Source: Candidatus Micrarchaeota archaeon (GTDB lineage Archaea > Micrarchaeota > Micrarchaeia > Micrarchaeales > CABMGC01). From it: DNA of 64,000 nucleotides. The stretch spans positions 9,378 to 73,377 of the forward strand of contig DAHXMW010000001.1 in the NCBI GenBank assembly GCA_027371545.1, written 5' to 3'. Positions 18,393 to 27,869 of this stretch are shown here, in pieces. The notes under the pieces are model-generated. The model did not search any database. It was not told where the DNA came from and worked only from the letters and a program-made list of their open reading frames with translations. The position numbers were made by a program, and so were the translations under genes. The first letter of the stretch is position 1, and every line of letters begins with the position of its first letter.

Positions 18393-20569
18393 GCCTTCTT
18401 TCTTGCGCGCTGCTTCTTCTTAAGGGAAGTCTTGCGGTTTTTCTTTAAGGCCTTGGCCTTTGCAGGAGCTGCATCTGCAGCAGGCACCTGCACTGAAGCC
18501 TGCGCTTCATTCGGTGCGCTTGCTTTAGGTGTCGCCCATCCTTCCTTGCTCTTGCACAGCGGATCAAGGTCCATCTCGAAGACCCTCTTTCCCCTGCGAA
18601 ATACCTTTACCTTTGGGGTATTGCACATCTCGCATATCTTGCCGGTGGGAACTATGAGTGCATTCTGCGGAACAGGGTATGTGATAGTGCACTGTGGCCA
18701 GTTGGTGCATCCTACGAAATTCTTTCCTGTCTTGGATCTCTTAAGCATCAGGTTTCCTCCGCACTTGCACTTCCCAAGTGATTTCGAGAGCTCACTCTCC
18801 CTGAATCCCTTTGCCAGCTCCTTTCCTATGCTGCTCTCATTCGCCTTAAACTCATCTATTATCCTTGAGATAAGATCCATGCCTTCTTTCAGCGCGTCGC
18901 CTTCCTTGAGCTTGCCCCTGGCTATCTCCTCCATGTCCCCTTCAAGCTTTCTGGTAAGCTCCTCGTCAAGTATCTCCTTGCAGTATCCGCTAAGCGCTTC
19001 ATATATGCTCATGCCAAGCGCAGTAACCTCTATTCGTGAGCCCTTGACATAGTCTCTCCTGAATAACGTATCTATAACCTCAGTCCTTGTTGCCTTGGTG
19101 CCTAGGTTCTTCTTCTCCAGGAGCGCTATCAGGCTCGCTTTCGAATACCTATTAGGCGGCTCTGTCCTGCCTTCCTTCATATGCACCTTGTCCGGCCTTA
19201 CAGATGAACCTTCTTTAAGTTCAGGCAGCGAAGCCTCCTTTGGCGAGTAATGCCTATACGTGGCAAGCCATCCACGCTCCTTTATAGAAAGCCCCTGCGC
19301 CGTATACTCCTCTCCGCCTGCGGAAAGAACAACGCTTGATTTAAGCAGCACCGCAGCCTCGCGGAAGCATGACAGGAACCTCCTCACTACAAGGTCATAG
19401 ACCTTCATCTCCTCCTCTCCAAGTCCTGATGGCACCTCTCCTGTAGGGTATATTGCCGGGTGAGCCTCATCCTTCTTTGCACCCTCAATCGGGCGGTATG
19501 CTCCCCTCTTCGATATCTCCTCTGTATCCTTGGCGTACGCATCCATCTTCGAGAGACCGGCTATTATCCTCTGGAAATTTATCGTAGGTGGCAACTTCTG
19601 CGACGCTGTCCTAGGATACGATATATAAGATTTTTCATAAAGGCTCTGGGCTATGGCAAGAGTGCGCGATGGGTCTATCCTGAATACCCTGCTAGCCTCA
19701 AGCTGCATAGATGTTAAGTCGAATGGAGGGAACGGGAAAAGCCTGCTCTCCTCTGATTTTATCTCCTTTACAAGCATCTCTGAAGAAGATGTTGCGTTGA
19801 GAGCAGCCTCAGCTTCTTCCTTGGCAAAAAAGTTGCCCTTGCGGTTCTCAAGCTCCAAATCCCCTATAAGCACAAGGACCTTCCAATATGGTCTTGACTT
19901 AAAATTCTTTATCTCGAGTTCCCGCTGCGCGAGTATCGAGAGCGTTGGGCCCTGTATCCTGCCTATGCTGAGCACTTTCTTTATGCCCCCTGTATTCACA
20001 GCACTCATAAGCGCTCTGCTGAGATTTATTCCCCACATCCAGTCGAGCATATGCCTGCTCTCCCCTGCATAGTAATTGTATATATCTATTCCTTCCATGC
20101 CTTCATACGCCCTGACTAGATCTGGCTTTGTGGTTGTCGAGAACTTCATTCTGCCTACATCAGACAGTTCGCCAGGGCTATTTGCATCGCCGTATCTTAC
20201 ATACTTTATTATGTTGGTCCCTATTACCGTGCCCTCAACATCGTAGTCGCATGCGTTTACGAATCCTGTGCACTTTTCCCCAACGTACTTTATCACATCA
20301 AGATATTTTTTGGTAAAATATGAATTTTTGTTTGCTTTATACGAGGGAACCCATTCCAGTTTGAATACTGGGAATGTTGCGCTTTCCGCCTGCCTGACAG
20401 TGAAAAGATGCCCTGCTGCCGCGACAACGAAGAGTGAGTCGCCGTCTTTTTCTATCTGGTAATATGAGACTCCATTGGAAAAGAGTCTCTTCGGTTTCCC
20501 ATCATCCGCGAGAGAAAGCGCAAGCCTGACTGCCACGCTTGGTTTCTCCGCTATTATAAGCTTATTCAT
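18389..20569 (-). CDS. topA: type IA DNA topoisomerase with C-terminal zinc ribbons and basic tail
   Basis: TOPRIM 'LIIAEKPSVA', 'DYDVEGT', active-site region 'SYISYPRTASQKL', 'CKCGGNL...C..WPQC' zinc fingers, K/R-rich end. Confidence 0.85.
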   Translation of the reverse strand: MNKLIIAEKPSVAVRLALSLADDGKPKRLFSNGVSYYQIEKDGDSLFVVAAAGHLFTVRQAESATFPVFKLEWVPSYKANKNSYFTKKYLDVIKYVGEKCTGFVNACDYDVEGTVIGTNIIKYVRYGDANSPGELSDVGRMKFSTTTKPDLVRAYEGMEGIDIYNYYAGESRHMLDWMWGINLSRALMSAVNTGGIKKVLSIGRIQGPTLSILAQRELEIKNFKSRPYWKVLVLIGDLELENRKGNFFAKEEAEAALNATSSSEMLVKEIKSEESRLFPFPPFDLTSMQLEASRVFRIDPSRTLAIAQSLYEKSYISYPRTASQKLPPTINFQRIIAGLSKMDAYAKDTEEISKRGAYRPIEGAKKDEAHPAIYPTGEVPSGLGEEEMKVYDLVVRRFLSCFREAAVLLKSSVVLSAGGEEYTAQGLSIKERGWLATYRHYSPKEASLPELKEGSSVRPDKVHMKEGRTEPPNRYSKASLIALLEKKNLGTKATRTEVIDTLFRRDYVKGSRIEVTALGMSIYEALSGYCKEILDEELTRKLEGDMEEIARGKLKEGDALKEGMDLISRIIDEFKANESSIGKELAKGFRESELSKSLGKCKCGGNLMLKRSKTGKNFVGCTNWPQCTITYPVPQNALIVPTGKICEMCNTPKVKVFRRGKRVFEMDLDPLCKSKEGWATPKASAPNEAQASVQVPAADAAPAKAKALKKNRKTSLKKKQRARKKA

Positions 20570-20584
20570 AAAAACCAGTAAACA

Positions 20585-20818
20585 TCAACTGCGCCTGCCC
20601 TTATTATACTTCCTGTCCTTCTTCTCCTTCTCCTGGGCTTCGATATCTTCCCTCGCAAGCGACCTTGTCATGTAAAATCCTGCAGCCAAGTCGGCAATAA
20701 TGAGTATATAGAACACTATTCCTGGGCCTAAGGTAAAAAATGCGACAAGGGATAGAATGCTCAGGAATACCACTAAGACAGACATAATCTCCTGCCTTAC
20801 ATCTTCCTCTGCATCCAT
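20585..20818 (-). CDS. small two-TM membrane protein
   Basis: 77 aa with two hydrophobic helices and a charged tail. No family recognised. Confidence 0.35.
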   Translation of the reverse strand: MDAEEDVRQEIMSVLVVFLSILSLVAFFTLGPGIVFYILIIADLAAGFYMTRSLAREDIEAQEKEKKDRKYNKGRRS

Positions 20819-20882
20819 TATCTCAATCTCTTTAAATAGTTAATATTAAATAATATTGCGCTAAACCGCTCTTTGTGAGTAT

Positions 20883-21242
20883 ATGACAGGGGTTATACTG
20901 ATACTGGCTCTTACTGCTCTTGCAGCCTTGCTCGCTGCAATAGCACAATATATATTCAAGCTTCACATGAAGCGCTTTAGCTTCAGCATTGCTGGAATAT
21001 TGGACCTTTTGCTCACAAAGCAGATAATCCTTGGGCTTCTCATATACGGCGCAAGTTTTATAATATACCTTATTGCCCTCGGGCATGCTAGCCTGGTTTT
21101 TGTATATCCTGCATTCTCCAGCTCCTTTATATTCGTGATGCTTATCTCTGCCTTTTTCCTCAAGGAACGCATAAGCGCACGGCGTGCAGCTGGTATGATG
21201 CTTATAGTCTTGGGGATAACCCTGATTGCCCTTGCGCAGTGA
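20883..21242 (+). CDS. half-size (4-TM) EamA/DMT-superfamily membrane protein
   Basis: 119 aa, four TM helices, single EamA-like repeat ending 'LKERISARRAAGMMLIVLGITLIA'. Confidence 0.55.
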   Translation: MTGVILILALTALAALLAAIAQYIFKLHMKRFSFSIAGILDLLLTKQIILGLLIYGASFIIYLIALGHASLVFVYPAFSSSFIFVMLISAFFLKERISARRAAGMMLIVLGITLIALAQ

Positions 21243-21246
21243 TCAA

Positions 21247-21591
21247 ATGCCAAACAAAAACACCAAGATTTATCTTGCAGAAGTCCTTATACTCAGTACC
21301 TTCCTCGGCGGCCTAGGACAGCTCCTATTCAAGGCTGGCCTCCTTGAGCTTCAGCCCATCTACATGATTCTTGCGATACTTACAGGGCTTGTGGCATACG
21401 GGATATCTACGCTTCTTTATTTCTACGCTCTCGGGAGAGAGCACCTCAGCTGGGTATACGGATTTAGCGGTTTAAGTTACATCTTCACATGGATACTTGC
21501 ATACCTGTTTCTGGGCGAGGCGACAACCTTGCTTGGCACAATAGGCGTGCTGCTGATAGCAATTGGGGTTGCGCTATCAGGTACCAGTTAA
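21247..21591 (+). CDS. half-size (4-TM) EamA/DMT-superfamily membrane protein, partner of the preceding gene
   Basis: About 114 aa from the ATG at 21247, 4 nt after the upstream TGA. Same 4-TM layout, ending 'FLGEATTLLGTIGVLLIAIGVAL'. Confidence 0.55.
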   Translation: MPNKNTKIYLAEVLILSTFLGGLGQLLFKAGLLELQPIYMILAILTGLVAYGISTLLYFYALGREHLSWVYGFSGLSYIFTWILAYLFLGEATTLLGTIGVLLIAIGVALSGTS

Positions 21592-21594
21592 CTC

Positions 21595-22044
21595 TTACTC
21601 TTCATCCACTTCCTTATCCTTCTTCCCGCTTTTTTTCTGGCGCCTCTCCTCGGATTCCACCAATTCCATGCCTATTGTGGCAAATTTATAGCCTACGCTG
21701 GCAAAGAGGAAGAAAAGCCCGACTTTTATTGCGCTAACGAATATCACTGAGAATTGCGATGACAGCGAGAATGAGAAGTTATTTATGCTTGCAGGTATGC
21801 TGGAATTAGAGCCTGCAAGGGGCGCATAAACCTGCGAATAGCTGCTAAGGCTTATATAAAGGCCGTATCCAAGCAGCAGTGCAAGGAGTATAAGAAGTAA
21901 TCCTAATACAAAGAGAGCATAACCAAGATATCTGCTGTCCATGCTTAATCTCACTGGGGCAAAATATATATACATTGGCAGGAAGAAGAGCATTGCTACC
22001 ACGCACAAATCATTGCCAACGCTCCATGCGGCGCATGAATGCAA
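21595..22044 (-). CDS. hypothetical membrane protein with acidic/basic C-terminal tail
   Basis: Hydrophobic segments and the tail 'ESEERRQKKSGKKDKEVDEE'. Start uncertain. Confidence 0.35.
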   Translation of the reverse strand: MHSCAAWSVGNDLCVVAMLFFLPMYIYFAPVRLSMDSRYLGYALFVLGLLLILLALLLGYGLYISLSSYSQVYAPLAGSNSSIPASINNFSFSLSSQFSVIFVSAIKVGLFFLFASVGYKFATIGMELVESEERRQKKSGKKDKEVDEE

Positions 22045-23001
22045 AAGGTTATAGCTATGGATCAGAAAACAGGAAGTGGCCCATCAAGAAGGAATAATAA
22101 ATTCGGTCAGTATCTAGGCGTAGCGCTGCTGATGATAATTCTTGTCATTATACTCACTTATGTCTTTGTTGATTACGCAACAGCAACAATAGACGAGCTC
22201 ACAAGGGCGATATCTGCAGGGATATTCGGCATAGGGGTAATAGAGGTAGTAGCATACCTGCTTTACAAATATTCGCGTACAACCATAATAAAATCAGAAG
22301 CAAAGACACTTGCCAATCTATTCAGGGTCACTGCTTATACCGCACTCGCGCTGATAATACTCTCAATCCTGAACATAAACGTAACGGGGCTCCTGATAAG
22401 CGCAGGATTCCTTGGTATAGTTCTCGGTCTCGCTGCACAATCAACACTGGGGAATTTCATAGCTGGCCTTTCCCTTCTGATAGCAAGACCATTCTATCCT
22501 GATGACTATGTGACTATAATAACATGGCAATACGGGGCCCAGCCTCCTTCATTCAGCCATTCAAAGTTCGTCCCCGGATATGTGGGAACAATAGACAACA
22601 TCGGCCTTATGTATACAAAAATAATAGACGAGTCAGGCACTCCTGTATACATACCAAACAACATAATAAACCAGTCACTGGTCCTGAACCATAAACGCGC
22701 AAAAGATCATCCGATGACGATTCTCATAGAAGTGCCAAATGAGGTAAAGCTGACTGGGATCGAGGAGAAGATAAAGAAGTTCTTTTCGGATAACGGCATA
22801 CAGTTCTATGAAGATACGGTAAAGGTGGAGTATGCAGGGCTTTCATCTTACATGCTAACAGTAATAATCAGGGTTAACGACCACAGGGCAGAAGCGCAAC
22901 GACTGAAGTTATACAGGGAGCTTATAGACTACATATCTACGGCGAGAGGCGACCAAAAGGGAAGGAATCAGAAGAGCCTCGGTTCGTCAGGGAAGTCTTG
23001 A
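22039..23001 (+). CDS. small-conductance mechanosensitive channel (MscS family)
   Basis: 'GFLGIVLGLAAQSTLGNFIAGLSLLIARPFYPDDYVTI' pore helix/beta-domain signature. Confidence 0.8.
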   Translation: MQKVIAMDQKTGSGPSRRNNKFGQYLGVALLMIILVIILTYVFVDYATATIDELTRAISAGIFGIGVIEVVAYLLYKYSRTTIIKSEAKTLANLFRVTAYTALALIILSILNINVTGLLISAGFLGIVLGLAAQSTLGNFIAGLSLLIARPFYPDDYVTIITWQYGAQPPSFSHSKFVPGYVGTIDNIGLMYTKIIDESGTPVYIPNNIINQSLVLNHKRAKDHPMTILIEVPNEVKLTGIEEKIKKFFSDNGIQFYEDTVKVEYAGLSSYMLTVIIRVNDHRAEAQRLKLYRELIDYISTARGDQKGRNQKSLGSSGKS

Positions 23002-23023
23002 ACTGAAAGTAAAACTATTTTCA

Positions 23024-23037
23024 GAAAGGTTTATAAA
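23024..23037 (+). promoter_or_regulatory. BRE/TATA-like box in the MscS-Lon spacer
   Basis: 'gaaaggtttataaa' matches the window's recurrent promoter pattern. It lies about 200 nt upstream of the Lon ATG, too far to be the Lon core promoter. Confidence 0.35.
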
Positions 23038-23063
23038 CTGCTATATTCTATTTAATGCTTCGT

Positions 23064-23114
23064 GCGTTTAGAGTATTCTATTCATTTTCCCCACCCTCTA
23101 AACGCCGCTTTTTT
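23064..23114 (+). terminator. 10-bp hairpin plus T6 tract (MscS terminator or 3' end of a small RNA)
   Basis: gcgtttagag (23064-23073) pairs perfectly with ctctaaacgc (23096-23105). tttttt follows at 23109-23114. Confidence 0.45.
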
Positions 23115-23242
23115 ATACATAAAACAGCTGCTGCACTGATGTAGCCGAAGTGCAGCCATATATTCAATATCCCTAAATAAATGCCACAAATTTTTATAGT
23201 TATACATGCAGATTATCTTGCTATTTGTAAAAAACTGGTTCC

Positions 23243-25207
23243 ATGAAGCGGTTCAAGACAACAGAGAGCATAAAGATACCATCAAGGCTAGTCGACCAGG
23301 TCATAGGCCAGGAAAATGCAGTCGAGATAATAAAGAAAGCTGCGAAGCAGAACAGGAATGTCCTACTTATAGGCGAGCCTGGAACTGGCAAGACGATGCT
23401 GGCGCAGGCTATAGCGGAGCTTCTACCTTCAGCCGATCTTGAGGATGTCTTAGTATACAAGAATCCAAATGACGAGAATAAGCCCATTGTAAAGTGCGTA
23501 AAGACATATCCAAAGCCGCCCGAGGCTGGAAAACCACTTCCAGACGGTCAGGGCAGGCAGATTGTCCAGAAAGAGCGCATGAAGGGCAAGATGCAGCCCT
23601 CGCAGGGAAGAAGCCTACTTATACCAATTATATTCATAATAGTAGTTGCGCTTGCGATACTCTCCTTCACCCCATTTGTAAAAGGCAATCAGATAATCCT
23701 CCTCAGCGCAATAATACTCGGCGTGCTGATATTCGGTTCTATGGCCTTATTCATAAGCGGGTTCAGGAGAGTAGGGATAATGCCTGGGGTGTTCGAGGCC
23801 AACGAGGCAAAACTGATAGTCGACAACACTGGCATGGCGCATGCCCCGTTTGTAGATGCTACCGGATCGAAGGCAGGGTCCCTCTTCGGAGATGTGAAGC
23901 ATGACCCGTTGCAGTCAGGAGGGCTAGGAACACCGCCGCATCTGAGAGTCGAGAGCGGTTCTGTGCACAAGGCAAACAAAGGCGTTCTCTTTATAGACGA
24001 AGTAGCAGATTTGGAGCCAAAATCGCAGCAGGAACTCCTTACGGCAATGCAGGAAAAGAAATATCCAATAACAGGGCAGAGCGAATTAAGCTCTGGAGCG
24101 CTCGTCAGAACTGAGCCGGTGCCATGCGACTTTCTACTCGTAGCTGCTGGGAACCTGCAGGACATACAGAAGATGCATCCTGCACTGAGATCAAGGATAA
24201 GGGGATATGGGTACGAAGTGTACATGGAGTCTACGATGCCTGATACGGAGAAGAATAGGGAGAAGCTCGTTACTTTCATAGCCCAGGAAATAAAAAAAGA
24301 TGCCAAGATACCTCCATTCACATACGAGGCTTGTATGGCAGTAATAAATGAGGCACGAAGGAGAAGCGGAAGGAAGGGCAAGCTCACTCTTGCACTAAGG
24401 GATCTAGGCGGGCTGATAAGGGCTGCAGGAGATATAGCCAAAGAGAACAAGGAGAGCGCGGTATCGGAAAAAGATGTAAAAGCAGCGCTTACTCTTGCAA
24501 AGCCAATAGAAGCACAGCTGGTCGAGCAGTCGCTGGAGTACAGGAAGGACTATCAGATATTCAGGACAAGCGGTTTTGCAATAGGGCGTGTAAATGGCCT
24601 TGCGATAGTCGGGTCGTCATACTTATCATCAGGGGTGGTACTTCCTATAGTCGCAGAGGTAACGCCTGCAAGCTCAAAGACAGAAGGCAAGCTCATACCA
24701 ACCGGCAAGCTTGGGAAGATAGCACAGGAAGCGGTAAAGAACATAAGCGCAGTAATAAAGAAGCATATGCAGAGGGACATAACGCAATATGATATACACG
24801 TGCAATTCATGCAGACATATGAAGGCGTCGAGGGTGACAGCGCAAGCATATCAGTTGCAGTTGCTGTAATCTCAGCTCTCGAAGGCATACCTGTAAACCA
24901 GGAAGTCGCCATGACGGGGTCCCTTTCCGTAAGGGGCGATGTACTTCCTGTAGGAGGAGTGACAAACAAGGTCTCCGCTGCGATAACCGCAGGAATAAAA
25001 TCAGTAATAGTGCCCGAATCAAACGTAAAAGACATACTGCTCGAAAAGGATCAGATGAAGAGGGTAAAGATAATCAAGGCATCAAATATAGCTGACGTTT
25101 TACAGGTTGCCCTCAAAGACAGTTCAAGGAAGAGGGAGATAATACAAAAACTCAGGAAATACATAACTGCAGATAATAAAGAAAGGCCTGAAGAGAAACA
25201 GGGATAG
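23243..25207 (+). CDS. lonB: archaeal membrane-anchored Lon protease (LonB)
   Basis: Walker A 'GEPGTGKT', two inserted TM helices, '[16 protein letters not shown]' catalytic Ser region. Confidence 0.9.
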   Translation: MKRFKTTESIKIPSRLVDQVIGQENAVEIIKKAAKQNRNVLLIGEPGTGKTMLAQAIAELLPSADLEDVLVYKNPNDENKPIVKCVKTYPKPPEAGKPLPDGQGRQIVQKERMKGKMQPSQGRSLLIPIIFIIVVALAILSFTPFVKGNQIILLSAIILGVLIFGSMALFISGFRRVGIMPGVFEANEAKLIVDNTGMAHAPFVDATGSKAGSLFGDVKHDPLQSGGLGTPPHLRVESGSVHKANKGVLFIDEVADLEPKSQQELLTAMQEKKYPITGQSELSSGALVRTEPVPCDFLLVAAGNLQDIQKMHPALRSRIRGYGYEVYMESTMPDTEKNREKLVTFIAQEIKKDAKIPPFTYEACMAVINEARRRSGRKGKLTLALRDLGGLIRAAGDIAKENKESAVSEKDVKAALTLAKPIEAQLVEQSLEYRKDYQIFRTSGFAIGRVNGLAIVGSSYLSSGVVLPIVAEVTPASSKTEGKLIPTGKLGKIAQEAVKNISAVIKKHMQRDITQYDIHVQFMQTYEGVEGDSASISVAVAVISALEGIPVNQEVAMTGSLSVRGDVLPVGGVTNKVSAAITAGIKSVIVPESNVKDILLEKDQMKRVKIIKASNIADVLQVALKDSSRKREIIQKLRKYITADNKERPEEKQG

Positions 25208-25208
25208 G

Positions 25209-26348
25209 ATGGCGGCACGGAAAGATACAAAAAAAGCGCCTTCAGAGGCGTCTATGCAAGACAATGCTACAGAGAGGCTTGAGGCAATGGGCCGCTCGCT
25301 GCTCATAGACATAAATAATGGCACCCCTCCAAAGTTCACAACGACTGCGAGGACGCGGTCAAATATAATATTCGACGAGAGCAAGGGCTACCTGAAACTC
25401 GGTCCTGCAAAAGAAGAGCGTAATTTCTTGAATATCTCCCAGTCAAAGAGATTCATGCAGACAATAGCCATAGCGTCAAAATGCCACAAGTTCCTGAACG
25501 AGAACCTGCATACTACGATAAGGGGCCTCTATTACCAGCTCAAATTCTCTCTTGGCGAGGATGTTGACGAGAATATATTCAGCGAGCAATCCGAGTCAAA
25601 TCCACTTATAGAGGATCTTGAGGTGGCACTCGGAGTAAACAGGGAAAACCTTAACCTAAATGCAAACAGGAAAGGGGTTCTAGCCGGCAGGATGAAGGTG
25701 ATAGACCGCTTCGGGGACGAAAAGACAGAGATAGACTGTTCAAAGCAGGGGAGAAGCGGATGGGCTATACCGAGCGATGTAGACAACGACATAGAATTCG
25801 TGGATATAGACGCCAAATACGTTCTTGTGGTTGAGAAAGATGCCCTCTGGCAGAGGCTAAACGAAGACGGTCTATGGAAGAAAGAAAATGCGATACTGAT
25901 AACTCCTCAGGGCCAGGCGGCGCGGGGAACAAGACGTATAATAAGGAAGCTTGCGGATAAAGGGCTTCCAATATATGTATTTACGGATTCGGATGCGTGG
26001 GGCTGGTATATCTACTGGACCATAAAGACCGGGAGCATAAACCTTGCTTATATAGGATCTGATGTCGCAACTCCTGAAGCAAAATTTATAGGCGTGACCA
26101 TGTCGGACCTAGACAAGTACGAATTCCTGAATAAGATGACAATACATGCAACCGAGGTGGATTTGAAGCGCGCGCAGGAGATGCTTGATTACACATGGAT
26201 AAAAGGCAACAAGGGCTGGGTAAACGAGCTCCAGCGAATGATAAAGTCAAAGAAGAAGCTTGAGCAGGACGCGCTCCAAGGCCCTAGGCTTACATTTGTA
26301 GACGATTACATAAACGAGAAGATACGGAATAAGGAATATCTTTCGTGA
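25209..26348 (+). CDS. top6A: DNA topoisomerase VI subunit A (Spo11 family)
   Basis: 'TIRGLYYQL', TOPRIM 'YVLVVEKDALWQRL', 'DSDAWGWYI'. Confidence 0.9.
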   Translation: MAARKDTKKAPSEASMQDNATERLEAMGRSLLIDINNGTPPKFTTTARTRSNIIFDESKGYLKLGPAKEERNFLNISQSKRFMQTIAIASKCHKFLNENLHTTIRGLYYQLKFSLGEDVDENIFSEQSESNPLIEDLEVALGVNRENLNLNANRKGVLAGRMKVIDRFGDEKTEIDCSKQGRSGWAIPSDVDNDIEFVDIDAKYVLVVEKDALWQRLNEDGLWKKENAILITPQGQAARGTRRIIRKLADKGLPIYVFTDSDAWGWYIYWTIKTGSINLAYIGSDVATPEAKFIGVTMSDLDKYEFLNKMTIHATEVDLKRAQEMLDYTWIKGNKGWVNELQRMIKSKKKLEQDALQGPRLTFVDDYINEKIRNKEYLS

Positions 26349-26349
26349 A

Positions 26350-26985
26350 TTAATCCTTTATTGTGTTGCTTGAAGGGCAGAGCTCATTAAGCACACATCC
26401 CCCGCATTTCTTAATCCTTGCAGTGCAGACATCCCTTCCAAGCTCTATGAAATGATTAGATACTTCGCACCATCTATCCTTCTCAAACCTTCTCATAAGG
26501 TCCTTTTCAACCTTGTACGGATCCATGTGCCTGCTGAGTCCGAGCCTTCTGGCTACCCGGCCACAGTGCGTATCTACTGCAATGCCCTCGCATATTCCGT
26601 AACCCTCTTCAAGTATTACATTGGCCACCTTCCTTCCTATCCCTGGCATTCTGGTAAGTTCGCCTATGCTTCTTGGGACCGTGCCTCCAAAATCCATTAC
26701 CAGCATGTTGCAGGAGGCTTTTAGATTCCTTGCTTTCGTCTTGTAGTAATTAAGTCCTTTCAGGTAGCGCCTAAGAACCCTTATGTCCACATCGGCATAG
26801 TCATTAAAGCTTCTAAACCTGCGAAATAGTTTCTTGGTGACATTGTTTACCTGCTTGTCTGTGCATTGTGGGGAGAGAAAGACAGCCACGAAGAGCTCCT
26901 CCATGCTTTTATGTGCAAGCTGCGTGTGAAGGTCCCTCCCATAGCGCATCCCAAGCCTATCCAGTATCTCACTCTCGCGAGCCAT
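26350..26985 (-). CDS. nth: endonuclease III (HhH-GPD glycosylase/lyase with 4Fe-4S cluster)
   Basis: 'LSPQCTDKQVN', HhH 'LTRMPGIGRKVANVIL', 'VDTHCGRVARRLGL', 'CTARIKKCGGCVLNELC'. Start placed at the internal Met (MARESE...). Confidence 0.85.
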   Translation of the reverse strand: MARESEILDRLGMRYGRDLHTQLAHKSMEELFVAVFLSPQCTDKQVNNVTKKLFRRFRSFNDYADVDIRVLRRYLKGLNYYKTKARNLKASCNMLVMDFGGTVPRSIGELTRMPGIGRKVANVILEEGYGICEGIAVDTHCGRVARRLGLSRHMDPYKVEKDLMRRFEKDRWCEVSNHFIELGRDVCTARIKKCGGCVLNELCPSSNTIKD

Positions 26986-27021
26986 AAAACTATTTAAGCG
27001 CCAACTGTTAAAAGTTATTCT

Positions 27022-27858
27022 ATGATTAGGAAGCCGTATGTTGCAGGCAGCTTCTATCCGCGCCAAAAGGCATCGTTGGAAAAAATGGTATTCTCGATGC
27101 TGTCAGACGCAGGGGAGCAGGAATGGGTTAGCAAAGGTACCAATGCGTTCATAACTCCTCATGCTGGAATATCCTACTCAGGAAAGACTGCGGCGTTCAC
27201 CTATGCCGCAATAGCGTCAAGGCTTAATAAAAAGGATGCAGACACTATAATAATTATAGGGCCTAATCACACTGGAATTGGCAATGAGATATCGCTCTCA
27301 GAGGCGACATGGGAGACTCCTATGGGAAAGTTTGACACTGATTTAGATATGGTAGAAGAGATACAGCGTTATGACGATAAGATATCGATTGACGAAGATG
27401 CTCACCGCATGGAGCATTCAATAGAGGTACAACTTCCATTCCTTTCCGCAGTAGCACCGAAAAAAAGCCTTATATGCGTATGCATGGGCATACAGTCATA
27501 CTACAACTCAAAGCTTATCGCAGAGGCAGTATTACACTCTGCAGAAAAAAACAATAGAGAGGCGATAACCATTGCAAGCTCTGATCTCAACCATTACGAG
27601 CCAGCACCTGTAGCATATATGCGCGATAAGCCGCTGATACGTGCGATAAAGGCGGCGGATCCTGACGGATTCTACAGGAGTGTCGAGGAATCTGGAAACA
27701 GTGCGTGCGGATACGGCCCTATAGCATCCGCAATGCTGATCTCAAAATCCCTAGGTGCAAAGAAGGGCATGGTACTAAATTATTCGAATTCAGGAAATTC
27801 TTCAACAGAAAATGATCACGGTGTAGTTTCATACATCAGTGCAGCATTCACAGATTAA
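27022..27858 (+). CDS. MEMO1-family protein (AmmeMemoRadiSam system protein B-like)
   Basis: 'KPYVAGSFYP', 'ITPHAGISYSG', 'GPNHTG', 'EHSIEVQLPFL'. Confidence 0.8.
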   Translation: MIRKPYVAGSFYPRQKASLEKMVFSMLSDAGEQEWVSKGTNAFITPHAGISYSGKTAAFTYAAIASRLNKKDADTIIIIGPNHTGIGNEISLSEATWETPMGKFDTDLDMVEEIQRYDDKISIDEDAHRMEHSIEVQLPFLSAVAPKKSLICVCMGIQSYYNSKLIAEAVLHSAEKNNREAITIASSDLNHYEPAPVAYMRDKPLIRAIKAADPDGFYRSVEESGNSACGYGPIASAMLISKSLGAKKGMVLNYSNSGNSSTENDHGVVSYISAAFTD

Positions 27859-27869
27859 AAGGCGGTGAA

